64,000 nucleotides of DNA. Source: an uncultured Chloroflexia bacterium (GTDB lineage: Bacteria; Chloroflexota; Ktedonobacteria; Ktedonobacterales; JADMIN01). Below the pieces are notes generated by a model, which ran no database searches, was not told the DNA's origin, and worked only from the letters and a program-made list of their open reading frames with translations. The stretch spans positions 738,862 to 802,861 of the forward strand of contig CAWAWP010000003.1 of NCBI GenBank assembly GCA_963785845.1, in the 5' to 3' direction. Below, piece by piece: positions 50,966-61,000 of this stretch. The number at the start of each line of letters is the position of its first letter. Position 1 is the first letter of the stretch. A program made the translations under genes and the position numbers.

Positions 50966-51784
50966 TCAGTCGTTGATCGTTAGGGCGTCGAGGGCGGCCA
51001 TGTCCTCGGCCGAGATGGCGAAGTCGACGTCGGCGTTCTCAGCGATGTACTCGTCGTGGGTCGATTTCGGCAGGGGCAACGTATCATGTTGCAGGCAGTA
51101 GCGAATGGAGATCTGCGCCACCGTCTTGCCGTACTTCGCAGCCATGTGCTTCAGCGTGGGATTGTCTAAGATGCGTCCGGTGGCGAGCGGCGAATACGCC
51201 TCGACCAGCACGCCTTTGCTCTTGCTGAAGTTCGTGATGTCGTTTTCGGTGTACCCGATGAACCAGCGGATCTGGTTGGCCGCCGGCACGACGCTGCCTT
51301 CCTCCAGGATGGCAGTCAGGTCATGGACGCTGAAGTTCGACACGCCGATAGCCTTCGCCCGTCCGCTCCGATAGAGCTTTTCCATCTCCTGCCAGACGGC
51401 AATGTTCTCTTGGGTGTAGTCGGCGCCCATCTCTCGCCAAGGCCAGGGGGCGTGAATGAGATAGAGGTCGACGTAGTCTACGCCGAGCGTTCGCAGCGAC
51501 GTCTGGAAAGTCTCCTCGACTCTGCCGGCGTCCTTCATCTCAGCGGGGAGTTTGGTGGTCAGGAAGATCTCGCCGCGCGCCACGCCGCTGTCCCTGATCG
51601 CGCGCCCGACGCTGGCCTCGTTGCCATAGACCCGGGCCGTATCGATGTGACGGTAGCCGATTTTCAGCGCGCTTCGTACCGAGCGATAGGCGACGTCGCC
51701 GTTGGGCGTCTGCCATGTCCCGAAGCCGACCTTCGGAATCGCGGCGCCGGTGTTCAACGTATAGGTCTCGGTCAAGATGCCCAC
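50966..51784 (-). CDS. Aldo/keto reductase
   Basis: GTG 51784 (GAGAGGAGAG upstream). IPKVGFGTWQ, GYRHIDTARVYGNE, VDLYLIHAP, AIGVSNF, PLPKS. The upstream part of track ORF 50966-52120 is not AKR-like. Confidence 0.9.
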   Translation of the reverse strand: MGILTETYTLNTGAAIPKVGFGTWQTPNGDVAYRSVRSALKIGYRHIDTARVYGNEASVGRAIRDSGVARGEIFLTTKLPAEMKDAGRVEETFQTSLRTLGVDYVDLYLIHAPWPWREMGADYTQENIAVWQEMEKLYRSGRAKAIGVSNFSVHDLTAILEEGSVVPAANQIRWFIGYTENDITNFSKSKGVLVEAYSPLATGRILDNPTLKHMAAKYGKTVAQISIRYCLQHDTLPLPKSTHDEYIAENADVDFAISAEDMAALDALTIND

Positions 51785-52484
51785 GCTACTCTCCTCTCGC
51801 TGCGCTGTATCCGTTCGAGCATCGTCCTGTCGGCACGATGCGCACCATGAATCACTCTTGCGTGCAGGCTGGTGCAGATCGCGCGAGCCTGCCTGCTGCG
51901 CAACATGTCCTCGGTGTGCCGTGGACTGCTCAAGGAAGCCAGCGGGTGCGATGACGGTCATGGGCAACTCTGGTGGCCACGAGATTTCGGCGGCCGCACT
52001 GCCCGGCGGGAAAGAAGTGCTGTTCGACGGCAGCACAGATGCGGGCGCAGTGGTGCTGGATGGCCCGGCATTACTACATCGTCGGCTGGGCAGCAGCAGG
52101 CCATGCGGTGACATCGCCATGCACGCATGGTAACGGGTGACATCGCTCTCGCCGCGCCAGCAATGGGGTCATCCACACGACCACGACGAGGGGCAGGGTC
52201 TCAGGGGAAAGGCGTGACTGTCACAGTGAGCTTGATGCCATCCTGATTTGTGATGGCGTCAGGGCAGCCATGGTCGCGAGGACAGGCTCTAGCCCGTCGC
52301 TGAGGCGCGCGAACGCAGCCGGTGCCGGACCGGCGGGACCATAGTAGCCGACCGCCTGGAGCACCTCGTCGGAGGCGGCAGCGACGAGGTCGGGCTTCGT
52401 CGCTGGGCGGCCGGGCGCACGCTGGCCCCGCTCAATCGCTGCAACTGCCTGCTGGCATACTGCGATCGACGTGCCGCCGACGTG

Positions 52485-53192
52485 CTAGGGCTTGGACGGT
52501 TGATCGACACCCGTGCCGTCAGGCTGATCGAGCGTCGCTCCGAACTCACGCGAATTCCGAGCCGCGCTTGCGCTGTAGCGAGCGGTGCTGCGAGCCAACT
52601 TGTGGAAGACATCGCGGGTGGCGTGTTTGGCATACGCCGCCACGTTCCCCGCCGCGAATCCGAGGTCTGCGGCTGCTGCCCACGCGTCCTGGTCTGCCCC
52701 TAGATAGACGAACGTCCAGTTGCCTGCCTCCTCGCGCTGCTTCATCTCGCCCACCACCTGCTCCTTGGTGAAGCGGTGCGAGGAGTTCTCCTCGCCATCC
52801 GTCATCACGATGACCAGCACGCGATCCTCGCCATATGGCTTGTCGTCCTTGCGGACGGCACTCGTCAGTTCTGCCAGGCTGACGCCGAGCGCATCGTAGA
52901 GCGCGGTATTACCACCAGGCCGATAGTTCTCCTCGTCGAGGGTCGGCGTCTGGCCGAGGGTGACGTCAGTGAAGAGCGTCGCCACCTGGGTGTCGAAGGT
53001 CACCGCCGTGAGCCGATAGGCGCTCGTGGCATCCGTACGGAGCTGCGCAACATAGGCGTTGAAGCCGCCGCGCACGTCGTCGGCCTTCGTCGCCATCGAG
53101 CCGGACGAGTCGATGGCGAACAAGACGTGAACCGGGGTGCTCGCCGGAGCGGCGGGCAGACCTTGGAAGGCGAGGGGTTCATCGGTTAACAT
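52485..53192 (-). CDS. von Willebrand factor A (vWA) domain protein
   Basis: ATG 53192. MIDAS motif VLFAIDSSGSM, ..GGNTALYDAL.., VIVMTDGEEN. The same frame stays open for about 75 codons after the TAG stop. Confidence 0.8.
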   Translation of the reverse strand: MLTDEPLAFQGLPAAPASTPVHVLFAIDSSGSMATKADDVRGGFNAYVAQLRTDATSAYRLTAVTFDTQVATLFTDVTLGQTPTLDEENYRPGGNTALYDALGVSLAELTSAVRKDDKPYGEDRVLVIVMTDGEENSSHRFTKEQVVGEMKQREEAGNWTFVYLGADQDAWAAAADLGFAAGNVAAYAKHATRDVFHKLARSTARYSASAARNSREFGATLDQPDGTGVDQPSKP

Positions 53193-53574
53193 CGGACAGT
53201 CCTTTCGCATCGCTCGTATTGCGCGCATACGTTCCGGTCGTATCCTATCACGCGCGTCGGCTGCGGGTGGTGCTGCGGTCTGTCGCCTGCACTGGATCGG
53301 ATCGGCTACCGGGCTGACAGGCATCCGTCACCAGCAAAGTGGGACGCACCGCACCTTCCTCGGCGCAGCGTCGGCCCGCATCTGAAGGGCACCTGCGCGG
53401 CTGAATTGTGCCCCCAATGACGATGATGAGGAGTTGCCCCTACCCGGACGGCGGACGAAGTCGTGATCTTGGCGCGGGTCGAGCGCTCGTGGATCGGGTT
53501 GAAGGTGCGCTTCGTCACGTGCTGAGGCTGTCCACATGCTAAGTCTGCCTATTAGGTAGGATGCCTCAGATACT

Positions 53575-54468
53575 TCAGTCGCGCTCGCTGACATGCGTAC
53601 GAGCTGGCCACGTTGCAGGCGATGAGGTCGTCTCGTATTTCTTCACAATGTGCTCGTAGGCTTCGGTGACGAGAGCCAACTGCGCCGGAATCTCCTCAAC
53701 GCCGTAGATCATGATGCTGCCCCGCTTGGTCACCATCATGCTGAGATCCTCACCCTGCAGCTTGTGCTGGACGATGGTGGTCTTCAGCTGGCCAATCGCG
53801 CTCGCATCCAGCCATGCGGCGTCTTCGTTCACGCGGAAACCCGAGAGTGACGTACTCCTCAGGTTCGGCCGCCCTTGAATGTCGCCGAAGGTTCCTGTGA
53901 GGACGATCCCCTCGCCCTCGGCGGTCATGCGCTGCAGGTCGATCCGCGGGTACTGCACCGTCCATTGCGGGCGCCCCGCCCGGAACCGCCTAAGGAAAGC
54001 ATCGGCGACCCTGTGGCGGGTGGACACCAGGTACACATCGGGATCGGCGCCCAGCCAGCGGTACAGCTTGAAGCGGTACACTCGCAGCGGGTTCAGCACG
54101 TCGACATTCGCCAGTTTCACGATGAGGTGCTGGCCCGGCTCCTCATGGCGTGCGCGGTATTCCTCATACTCGGCCCCCGCCACTGGCCCGATGCGCACCA
54201 GCGAGCTGTGCAGCGTCTCGTAGTCGTAGTAGGCGGCTGCCAATACCATGCGCGTGCGCTCGGAGTCATCCCACTCACCACCGTCGCGCTGGGAAGCGCT
54301 GAACTCGGGAGAAGTCCCCTCAGGGAACGGGAGCGGCGGCTGGTGGAGGGACGCGACGACTTGGTACTGGTCGAAGTGGCGGAGCCCCGGAATGCGATAG
54401 CGGTGGTACATACGCGTCGTGTCGTAGAAGCCGTCGGCGTCGGATGCCCTTCTGCCGGTGCCAGCCAT
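53575..54468 (-). CDS. Hypothetical 297-aa protein (no recognisable domain)
   Basis: ATG 54468 with a strong RBS AGGAGGAG 7 nt upstream. Track ORF 53575-54879 is a chimera with the decayed acyl-CoA synthetase. Sequence: ..YHRYRIPGLRHFDQYQ..YRFKLYRW..TGTFGDIQGRPNLRSTSLSGFRVNED... Confidence 0.6.
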   Translation of the reverse strand: MAGTGRRASDADGFYDTTRMYHRYRIPGLRHFDQYQVVASLHQPPLPFPEGTSPEFSASQRDGGEWDDSERTRMVLAAAYYDYETLHSSLVRIGPVAGAEYEEYRARHEEPGQHLIVKLANVDVLNPLRVYRFKLYRWLGADPDVYLVSTRHRVADAFLRRFRAGRPQWTVQYPRIDLQRMTAEGEGIVLTGTFGDIQGRPNLRSTSLSGFRVNEDAAWLDASAIGQLKTTIVQHKLQGEDLSMMVTKRGSIMIYGVEEIPAQLALVTEAYEHIVKKYETTSSPATWPARTHVSERD

Positions 54469-54689
54469 GCGACGTCTCCTCCTGATTTGCCGATGACCAC
54501 TCCACGTCGGCCACCCGCCAGACCGTATGCCGCGATCGCCTCGAGCCATCTGTGCCGCGGCGTGAGCCAGGCGCTTCTCGACACGACCACTCGAGAGCAG
54601 TATGGCATGAAGGCACGAGGCAGCCTGCTCTGCTCCTGAACGTACTATGCCCGAGACACGGAGTTCAGCGCTCAGCGATGCCGTCAGAG

Positions 54690-55499
54690 GGCTGGTGCGG
54701 AAGTCATCTGGTGCGTTGGCGATGCCGATCAGCACCGTCGGCGCGGCGCAGAGGATGGTGACGTGTTCCTGCGCGATCAGGTCGAAGATGCGCGCCGGCT
54801 CGACCTTGCGCAGGCAGATGTGCCGGGCGCCCACCGCCGTCACCGTCCAGACGAAGGTCCAGCCGTTGGCGTGGAACATCGGGAGGGTCCAGAGGTAGCG
54901 GTCGGCAGGGGGTCATGCTGCTATGGATTAGCGTCCCCACCGTGTTCATGTAGGCGTTGCGGTGGGTGATCATCACGCCCTTGGGGCGCGAGGTCGTCCC
55001 GCTGGTGTAGTTGATGGTGAGCAGTCCGCCTCGTCCACGTGGGGCCGCGTGAAGGTCGCCGCAGCGCCGTCCAGCAGCGTCTCGTAGGCCTCCCAGCCGT
55101 CGTGTGCCCTCCAAGGCGGCGAAGTGCGCCACGCCCGACAACTGCGTCCGCACGCCCTCCACGGCGTCCACGTAGTCCGTCTGCGCCACGACGACGCACG
55201 CGCCACTATGGTTGATGATGTAGGCGAAGTCGTCGGCGGTGAGGCGGTAGTTGATCGGCACCAGCACGGCACCGAGCTGCGGCACGGCGTAGAACGATAC
55301 GAGTTGGTCAAGCGTGTTGGGCGTGATGCAGGCCACACGGCCGCCCTTGCAGACCCCAGCGCCTCGAACGCGGCGGACCAGCGATCGCAGCGCGCGAAGA
55401 ACTGCTCGTACGTCGGCCGGCGCTCGCCATCGACGACCGCCTCGACATCAGGGTAGAGGCGCCGCGCGCGAATTCCAGGGGCGTAAGCGGCAGGTGCAT
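54690..55499 (-). pseudogene. AMP-dependent acyl-CoA synthetase/ligase, decayed (at least 5 frameshifts, 3'-truncated)
   Basis: Pieces lie in three frames: MHLPLTPLEFAR.. / LYPDVEAVVDGERRPTYEQFFARCDRWSAAFEALG / ..VACITPNTLDQLVSFYAVPQLGAVLVPINYRL.. / HDGWEAYETLL.. / LTINYTSGTTSRPKGVMITHRN / ..MFHANGWTFVWTV..LCAAPTVLIGIANAP. Homology then ends. Confidence 0.8.
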
Positions 55500-55952
55500 G
55501 GATGGGGCTCCACGGGCATGCTGAGCTGAGGCCACAGCCGACGATGCGCGCTTCCGCGTGCCTCGCCATATACCACAAGGCATCGCGAAGCGTGGGCACA
55601 AGGGCCTGACGTCTCGCCCGGAAGGTGGTGATCGAAACCCTCGGGACCCCACATTAGCAAACGTTCGATGCTGCAAAGGCCGCTATGTCATAGCTCGCTG
55701 CTGGTTAGAGTCCCTCGATGGCGACAGTCCTGAGTGGCGATTGTCGCACGTGCGCTCGCTGCTCAGGCACGATTCGGCAACCAGCGAATGAGAGCGGCAG
55801 CATGACGCCCTGCTTTCAGGCAAAACGCGCCGGTCACTCAGTGCAAAGCGAGAATGTATCGAAAGTTGGCCATCCTGGCGATGAAGGATAGTGAAGGTGA
55901 CACCCTGCCTTCGTGTCTCGTAGAGAGGGCGCAAATCCAGAAAATTGAGTAA

Positions 55953-56028
55953 TGGAGCGGGAGACGGGACTCGAACCCGCGACGCCCTGCTTGGAAGGCA
56001 GGTACTCTACCAACTGAGCTACTCCCGC
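55953..56028 (-). tRNA. tRNA-Gly: tRNA-Gly (anticodon UCC), CCA encoded
   Basis: The reverse complement GCGGGAGTAGCTCAGTTGGTAGAGTACCTGCCTTCCAAGCAGGGCGTCGCGGGTTCGAGTCCCGTCTCCCGCTCCA folds as a 7-bp acceptor, D arm GCTC/GAGT, anticodon stem CCTGC/GCAGG with loop CTTCCAA, and a T arm with TTCGAGT. Confidence 0.95.
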
Positions 56029-56380
56029 ATGGATGTCGCCACGTCGTCGCATGGCGGCGCCGCGAGACAGCATAGCACATCCTCCGTCCACCGCGTAAGT
56101 GCCGCCAGGCCGCTTGCATGGGGACGGCGCCATCCCGTACGCTCACCATCCCCGACTTGACGACGAGAGCGCTCATCTCTACCGGGCTCGCCGCAGATAC
56201 ACAGGTCCCCGGCGTTGCCGCTCGGCGGCGTAATTGTCGTCCTCGCCATCCTCACCGTCTGCTACGCCTATATCGCGCTCGCGCGGCAAGAGGATGTTGG
56301 CCAGCTATCCTGATGCGCGGTGCGTGCAGGCGAAGCCAAAGGCACAAATGGTTGCCACGTCGCTATCTATTGTTGCATGC

Positions 56381-56775
56381 TGCCTACGTGAAAGTTGTGT
56401 GCAACACCAACATCGTCTGCATCTGTTGGTATCTGTGGCGTTCTGCCCAGAGTACCGACGCAAAGTGTTGACGCCGCCCACAGATGCACGACTGAAGGTC
56501 AGCCTTGATGAACAAATCGAATCCCGAGGCCGAGAACTCGTTGAGATGGGGGTCATGCCAGACCAGGTCCACCTGCCCGTCGGGCATGACCCCACATCCG
56601 GGATCCACCGACTGGTGGAGCTCCTGAACAGTCATTCGTCGCATGCGTTGCGCGAAGTTCCCTATGTTAAAGTCGTGCCTGCCGTCACTGTGGACGGCTC
56701 CTACTTTGTCGGCACGATGGGTGGCGCGACCTGGAAACCCTGCAGCGCTACGTGGAAAGCCAAAGAGGACGCTGA
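56381..56775 (+). pseudogene. tnpA: IS200-type Y1 (HUH) transposase TnpA, degenerate
   Basis: ..CPEYRRKVL.., VMPDQVHLPV (the first His of HUH is Gln), LNSHSSHALREVPY, GSYFVGTMGGA. After a 1-nt deficit at 56730-56731 comes LETLQRYVESQRGR* (catalytic Tyr). No clear start codon. Confidence 0.6.
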
Positions 56776-56778
56776 TTC

Positions 56779-57906
56779 GTGGTAGACCAGACGACGCGCA
56801 AGAGCTACTCATACAAACTCAGGCCCACACCCGATCAGGAGCGGATACTTGAGCGCACCCTCATGTTCTGCCGACACATCTACAATGCCGCCGTAGAAGA
56901 GCGAAGGGCCGCTTGGCAACGGCGAGGCATATCGGTCGACTACTACCAGCAGAAGGCAGAGTTGCCGGGCATCAAGGAGGCCCTGCCGGAGTACGCCGAG
57001 GTCAACAGCCAGGTCTTGCAGGACGTGGTGTTGCGCGTAGACCGCGCCTACCAAGCGTTCTTTCGCTGGGTGAAGGCGGGCGAAACCCCGGGCTATCCCC
57101 GCTTCCAGGGGCGCAATCGCTACCACTCGTTCACCTATCCCCAGGTAGGCGAGCATGGGAGTGCGCGGCTCGATAACGGCTTCCTTGCCTTGTCGAAATT
57201 AGGCCGTGTAGCCGTGCGTTGGAGCCGCCCCCTGGAAGGCACGCTCAAGACCGTCACCATCACGCGGGAGGCGGACGGCTGGTACGCCATCCTCTCCTGC
57301 GCCGATGTCCCTGCCCAGCCCTTGCCGCCTACCGGCAACGAGACGGGGATAGATGTTGGCTTGAGGGTGTTTCTCGTCACCGCAGGCGGGCTGACGGTCG
57401 AGAATCCGTGTCACCGTCGCAAGGCGGAACGGAAGCTGGCCAAGGCCAACAAGCGGATCTCGCGCCGAAAGAAGGGCAGCAAGCGGCGCGCGAAAGCTGT
57501 GGGCTGGCTGGGCAAGGCCCACCAAGCGGTGAAGCGCCAGCGGGCGGACTTCCACCACAAGACGGCGATCATGCTGTTGCGCCGCTACGACACGATCTAC
57601 CTTGAAGATTTGCGGGTTGCCAACATGGTCCGGAATCGCCACCTGGCCAGGTCCATCTCCGACGCGGGCTGGGCGCACTTCCGGGCCATCCTCGAAGCCA
57701 AGGCAGCATGCGCCGGGCGTCGGGTCGTCGCCGTGCCACCCACCTACACCAGCCAGGACTGTAGCAGATGTGGGGGACGCATCCCCAAATCATTGAGCAT
57801 GCGTACCCATGTCTGCACAAACTGCGGGCTGGTGCTCGACCGCGACGAGAATGCGGCTAGGAACATCCAATGGGCCGGGCAGGCCCTTCGGGGACTTGCC
57901 GGGTAG
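56779..57906 (+). CDS. tnpB: TnpB (IS605 OrfB-type RNA-guided endonuclease)
   Basis: YSYKLRPTPDQERILERTLMFCRHIYNAAV (N-terminal HTH-like part). RuvC triad candidates are GIDVGL, IYLEDL and DRDENAARNI. Zinc ribbon CSRCG..x13..CTNCG. Confidence 0.9.
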   Translation: MVDQTTRKSYSYKLRPTPDQERILERTLMFCRHIYNAAVEERRAAWQRRGISVDYYQQKAELPGIKEALPEYAEVNSQVLQDVVLRVDRAYQAFFRWVKAGETPGYPRFQGRNRYHSFTYPQVGEHGSARLDNGFLALSKLGRVAVRWSRPLEGTLKTVTITREADGWYAILSCADVPAQPLPPTGNETGIDVGLRVFLVTAGGLTVENPCHRRKAERKLAKANKRISRRKKGSKRRAKAVGWLGKAHQAVKRQRADFHHKTAIMLLRRYDTIYLEDLRVANMVRNRHLARSISDAGWAHFRAILEAKAACAGRRVVAVPPTYTSQDCSRCGGRIPKSLSMRTHVCTNCGLVLDRDENAARNIQWAGQALRGLAG

Positions 57907-57958
57907 CCTGGCGGGGACGAACCGAGAATCCCCCGGCTTCAGCCGTGGGGAGTGTCAA
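57780..57958 (+). ncRNA. Putative TnpB guide RNA (omega/reRNA) scaffold overlapping the tnpB 3' end
   Basis: By analogy with characterised TnpB systems. The sequence shows hairpin CCCCGGCTTCAGCCGTGGGG (57931-57950) followed by AGTGTCAA (57951-57958). The 5' limit is a guess. Confidence 0.35.
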
Positions 57959-58069
57959 CCCAAGCAGGCCACACGAACGCGCAACGTCGCCCGTTGCACT
58001 CCAACCATGCTATGCTGCACGCTGCGGCGCGATGCGGTCGCAAAGGTCACGCGAGGGGGCGGCACGCAT

Positions 58070-61000
58070 ATGTATCTCAAGCGGCTTGAGCTGCACGGCT
58101 TCAAGAGCTTCGCGCCACGCACCGTCCTCGAGTTCAGCCCTGGCATCACCGCGATCGTCGGCCCGAACGGCTCCGGCAAGTGTCTGGTAGGCGAAAGCCT
58201 CGTCACACTCGCCGATGGGCGCGACATGCCAATTGCTACGCTGGTAAACACTGCGCTAACATGCTCGTCTGCACCGGAGCAGATGGACGATGGCATGCTT
58301 ACCCGCGAAAATCCCAGCGGCGTACGCGTGCTCTCTCTCGACCCACGCACGTTGCGGCTCGAAACGCGCCCTGTCACGGCGTTTGTCAAACGCACAGCGC
58401 CCCCAACGTTGGTGCGCGTGCGCACTCGGTCGGGCCGGAGTGTTACCGCGACGCCCTACCACCCCCTTTTCACACTTCTGCGCGGCCGGCTCCATACGCT
58501 GCGCGCTGACGAACTGCGCGAGGGGATTCGCATCGCCCTGCCCCGTATACTGCCCACGAGCCACAACACAGTCAACCTCAATACGCCAGCGGTGATCGCC
58601 GCATTCTCTGAAGCAGACCACGTCTACATCACGTCATCCGACGATATGCGGGCATGGGGAGATACCGCTCGGGTACAGCATGGCTCGTGGAAGGCGTGGC
58701 GCACCGCCGCACAGGTGTCCGACATCCAACTCGCCGGGTTTGTCCAGGGGCAGGGTGTCAACGCTGCCGTTCTTTCGCGGCTCGCATCCAAAGCAACCGC
58801 TCCATTGCCTCAACAGGTGCACTACAGCTCGCATGGCGCGAAAGCGATCTCGCTGCCAACGACGTTCTCGCCTGATCTCGCACGCTTCCTAGGGTTGGTC
58901 GTCGCGGAAGGACGCAACACCGCTGAGGCGAATATTCGGTTCGTTAACGCAGACTCAGCTGTGAATGATGAGTTCGAGCGTTTGGCACGAGTGTTATTCG
59001 GTGTCGGCGTTTTTCGGCGGCAATACAAGGAGAACGCGGAAGACCTCATCATCATGGCGCATGCTCTTGGGCACAGTCTGGAGCGACTCTTCGGTCTCAA
59101 AATCAACTCGAATTCCGCGACGAAATGCGTTCCGCCACAGCTCTATGAGTGTGATGAAGAGACGCAGTGGGCATTCCTTTCGGGATTATTCGAAGGGGAT
59201 GGGCATGTTCATCTACGCGCTTCCGCAGTAGGCAAGCCTGGCGTCAAGGCTCAGCACTACATCGAGTACGTCAGTGCGAGCGAAACCCTCGCGCGAGGCG
59301 TAGTAGCGCTGCTTCTACGCCTCGGCGTTTGCGCCATCTTACGCCCAAAGGTACATCGCTTCCCCCCAGGCTCCGCACGAGAAACCAGCACCTATTACCA
59401 GGTGTTCATCTACGGACGCGAACAATTGCGGCTTGTGGCCCAACACCTGACCTTCGTTGGGAAGAAACAGGCCGCGTTGCTACCATTGCGCGCCCTTACT
59501 GGCCCAGGTAATCCCAACTACGATCTCGTGCCGGGGGCGACGGAACTGGTACATGAAGCGGCTCGACGCGCCGGCGTGAGCGTGAAACGTCATCGGGCAG
59601 GGAGGCCAAAGCTGGCGGCGTACGTTGAGCAGCGCTGCGAGGCGAGCCGTGCGGGCATCCGCGAGGTTGTAGAGCAGATTGAGGAACTGGGCGACACGCC
59701 CGACGTCGCCCGTGATATCCTCGATACCTTACGCACGCTGGCCGATTCCGATGTGCTTTGGGATGAGATCGTCGCAGTGGAGGAGGTGACTCCGACCGAT
59801 CCATGGGTCTATGACCTCTGCGTGGACGAGACACACAACTTTGTGGCGAACAACGTCATCGTCCACAACAGCAACATCGCCGACTCGATCCGCTGGGTGC
59901 TCGGCGAGCAGAGCATGCGTCAGTTGCGCGGCAAGAAGAGCGACGACGTGATCTTCGCCGGCGGCCAGGGACGCGCGACGATGCAGATGGCCGAGGTCGG
60001 CCTGATCCTCGATAACTCCTCGTCCTGGTTGCCCTCCGAGTTCTCCGAGGTGACGGTCGCGCGGCGCAGCTTCCGCTCCGGCGACAACGAGTACCTCTCC
60101 AACGGCGCTCGCGTCCGCCTGCGCGACGTGCTGATGCTGCTGGCGCAGGCGCGGATCGGCCACGACTCGTACACGGTGATCGGACAGGGGCTCGTCGATC
60201 AGGCGCTCAGTCTCCGTGCCGACGAACGCCGCGGGCTCTTCGAAGACGCCGCCGGCATCCGTCAATTTCAGACACAGCGGCAAGACGCCGAACAGAAACT
60301 CAATCTCACCGCAACCAACCTCTCACGCCTGCGCGACATCCTCGGCGAGATCGAGCCGCGACTCGCGCCCCTCGCCGAACAGGCGCGCCGCGCGACCGAG
60401 TTCACCGCCTCACGTGAAGAATTGACCCGCCTGCTGCGCGTCTGGTATCGCCGCCAGTGGCGTGAGCTGCTGATCGCCCGCGAGCAAGCCGAGGCCGCCG
60501 AACGTGACCACGAGGCGCGCATCGCCAAGCTGCACGACGCACTCGCCGTCGAGGACGCCCTCACGCAGGAGCTCCGCACCGAGCGCGACGCCGTACTGGC
60601 CGAGATCGCCGCCCTGCGCCGCGCACGGGGCGAGGCAGGCGCGCGGCTGCAGACGAGCGAGCGCGAGTTGGCCGTCGCCCGCGAGCGTCTGGCAAGCGTC
60701 GAGCGACAGGTAACCGATTTCGCAAGCGAGCAGGAGCAACAGGAAGATGGCGCCGCCGCTGCCGAGGCGCACATCGGCGCGTTGGAGGCACAGCTCGCCA
60801 CCGCCGAACAGATCGCCGACGATAGCGCCGCCGCCCTGGAACGCATGGAGCGTGAAGCGCTCTCCGCCCGCCAGAATCAGGAGCGTGAAGAGGTCCGCCT
60901 GCGCACCGCCCAGCGCGACGTAATCCAGGTGCAGGCGCGGCTCGGCGCCGCCCAGAGCGAGCTTGGCCGCCTGCAACGCCAGCTTGGCGAACGCAACCGC

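Larger units (their letters stand above)
56381..57958 (+). mobile_element. IS200/IS605-family element (minimum extent; left end not defined)
   Basis: A degenerate Y1 transposase gene followed 4 nt later by tnpB, then a 3' hairpin and GAGTGTCAA-type terminus. It sits between tRNA-Gly and smc. Confidence 0.7.

Noticed and set aside
53306-53518. A small ORF starting MTKRTFNPI.., reminiscent of ribosomal protein L34 (MKRTFQPS..).
   Set aside because: The similarity is limited to about 7 residues. The rest lacks the HGFR..R..GR..L pattern in any frame, and the context (island, between the vWA gene and the unknown gene) is wrong for rpmH.
57809-58069. An N-terminal extension of the smc track ORF that would overlap tnpB and the IS605 right end.
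   Set aside because: SMC homology begins exactly at MYLKRLELHGFKSF (ATG 58070). The upstream part is read-through of non-coding element sequence.
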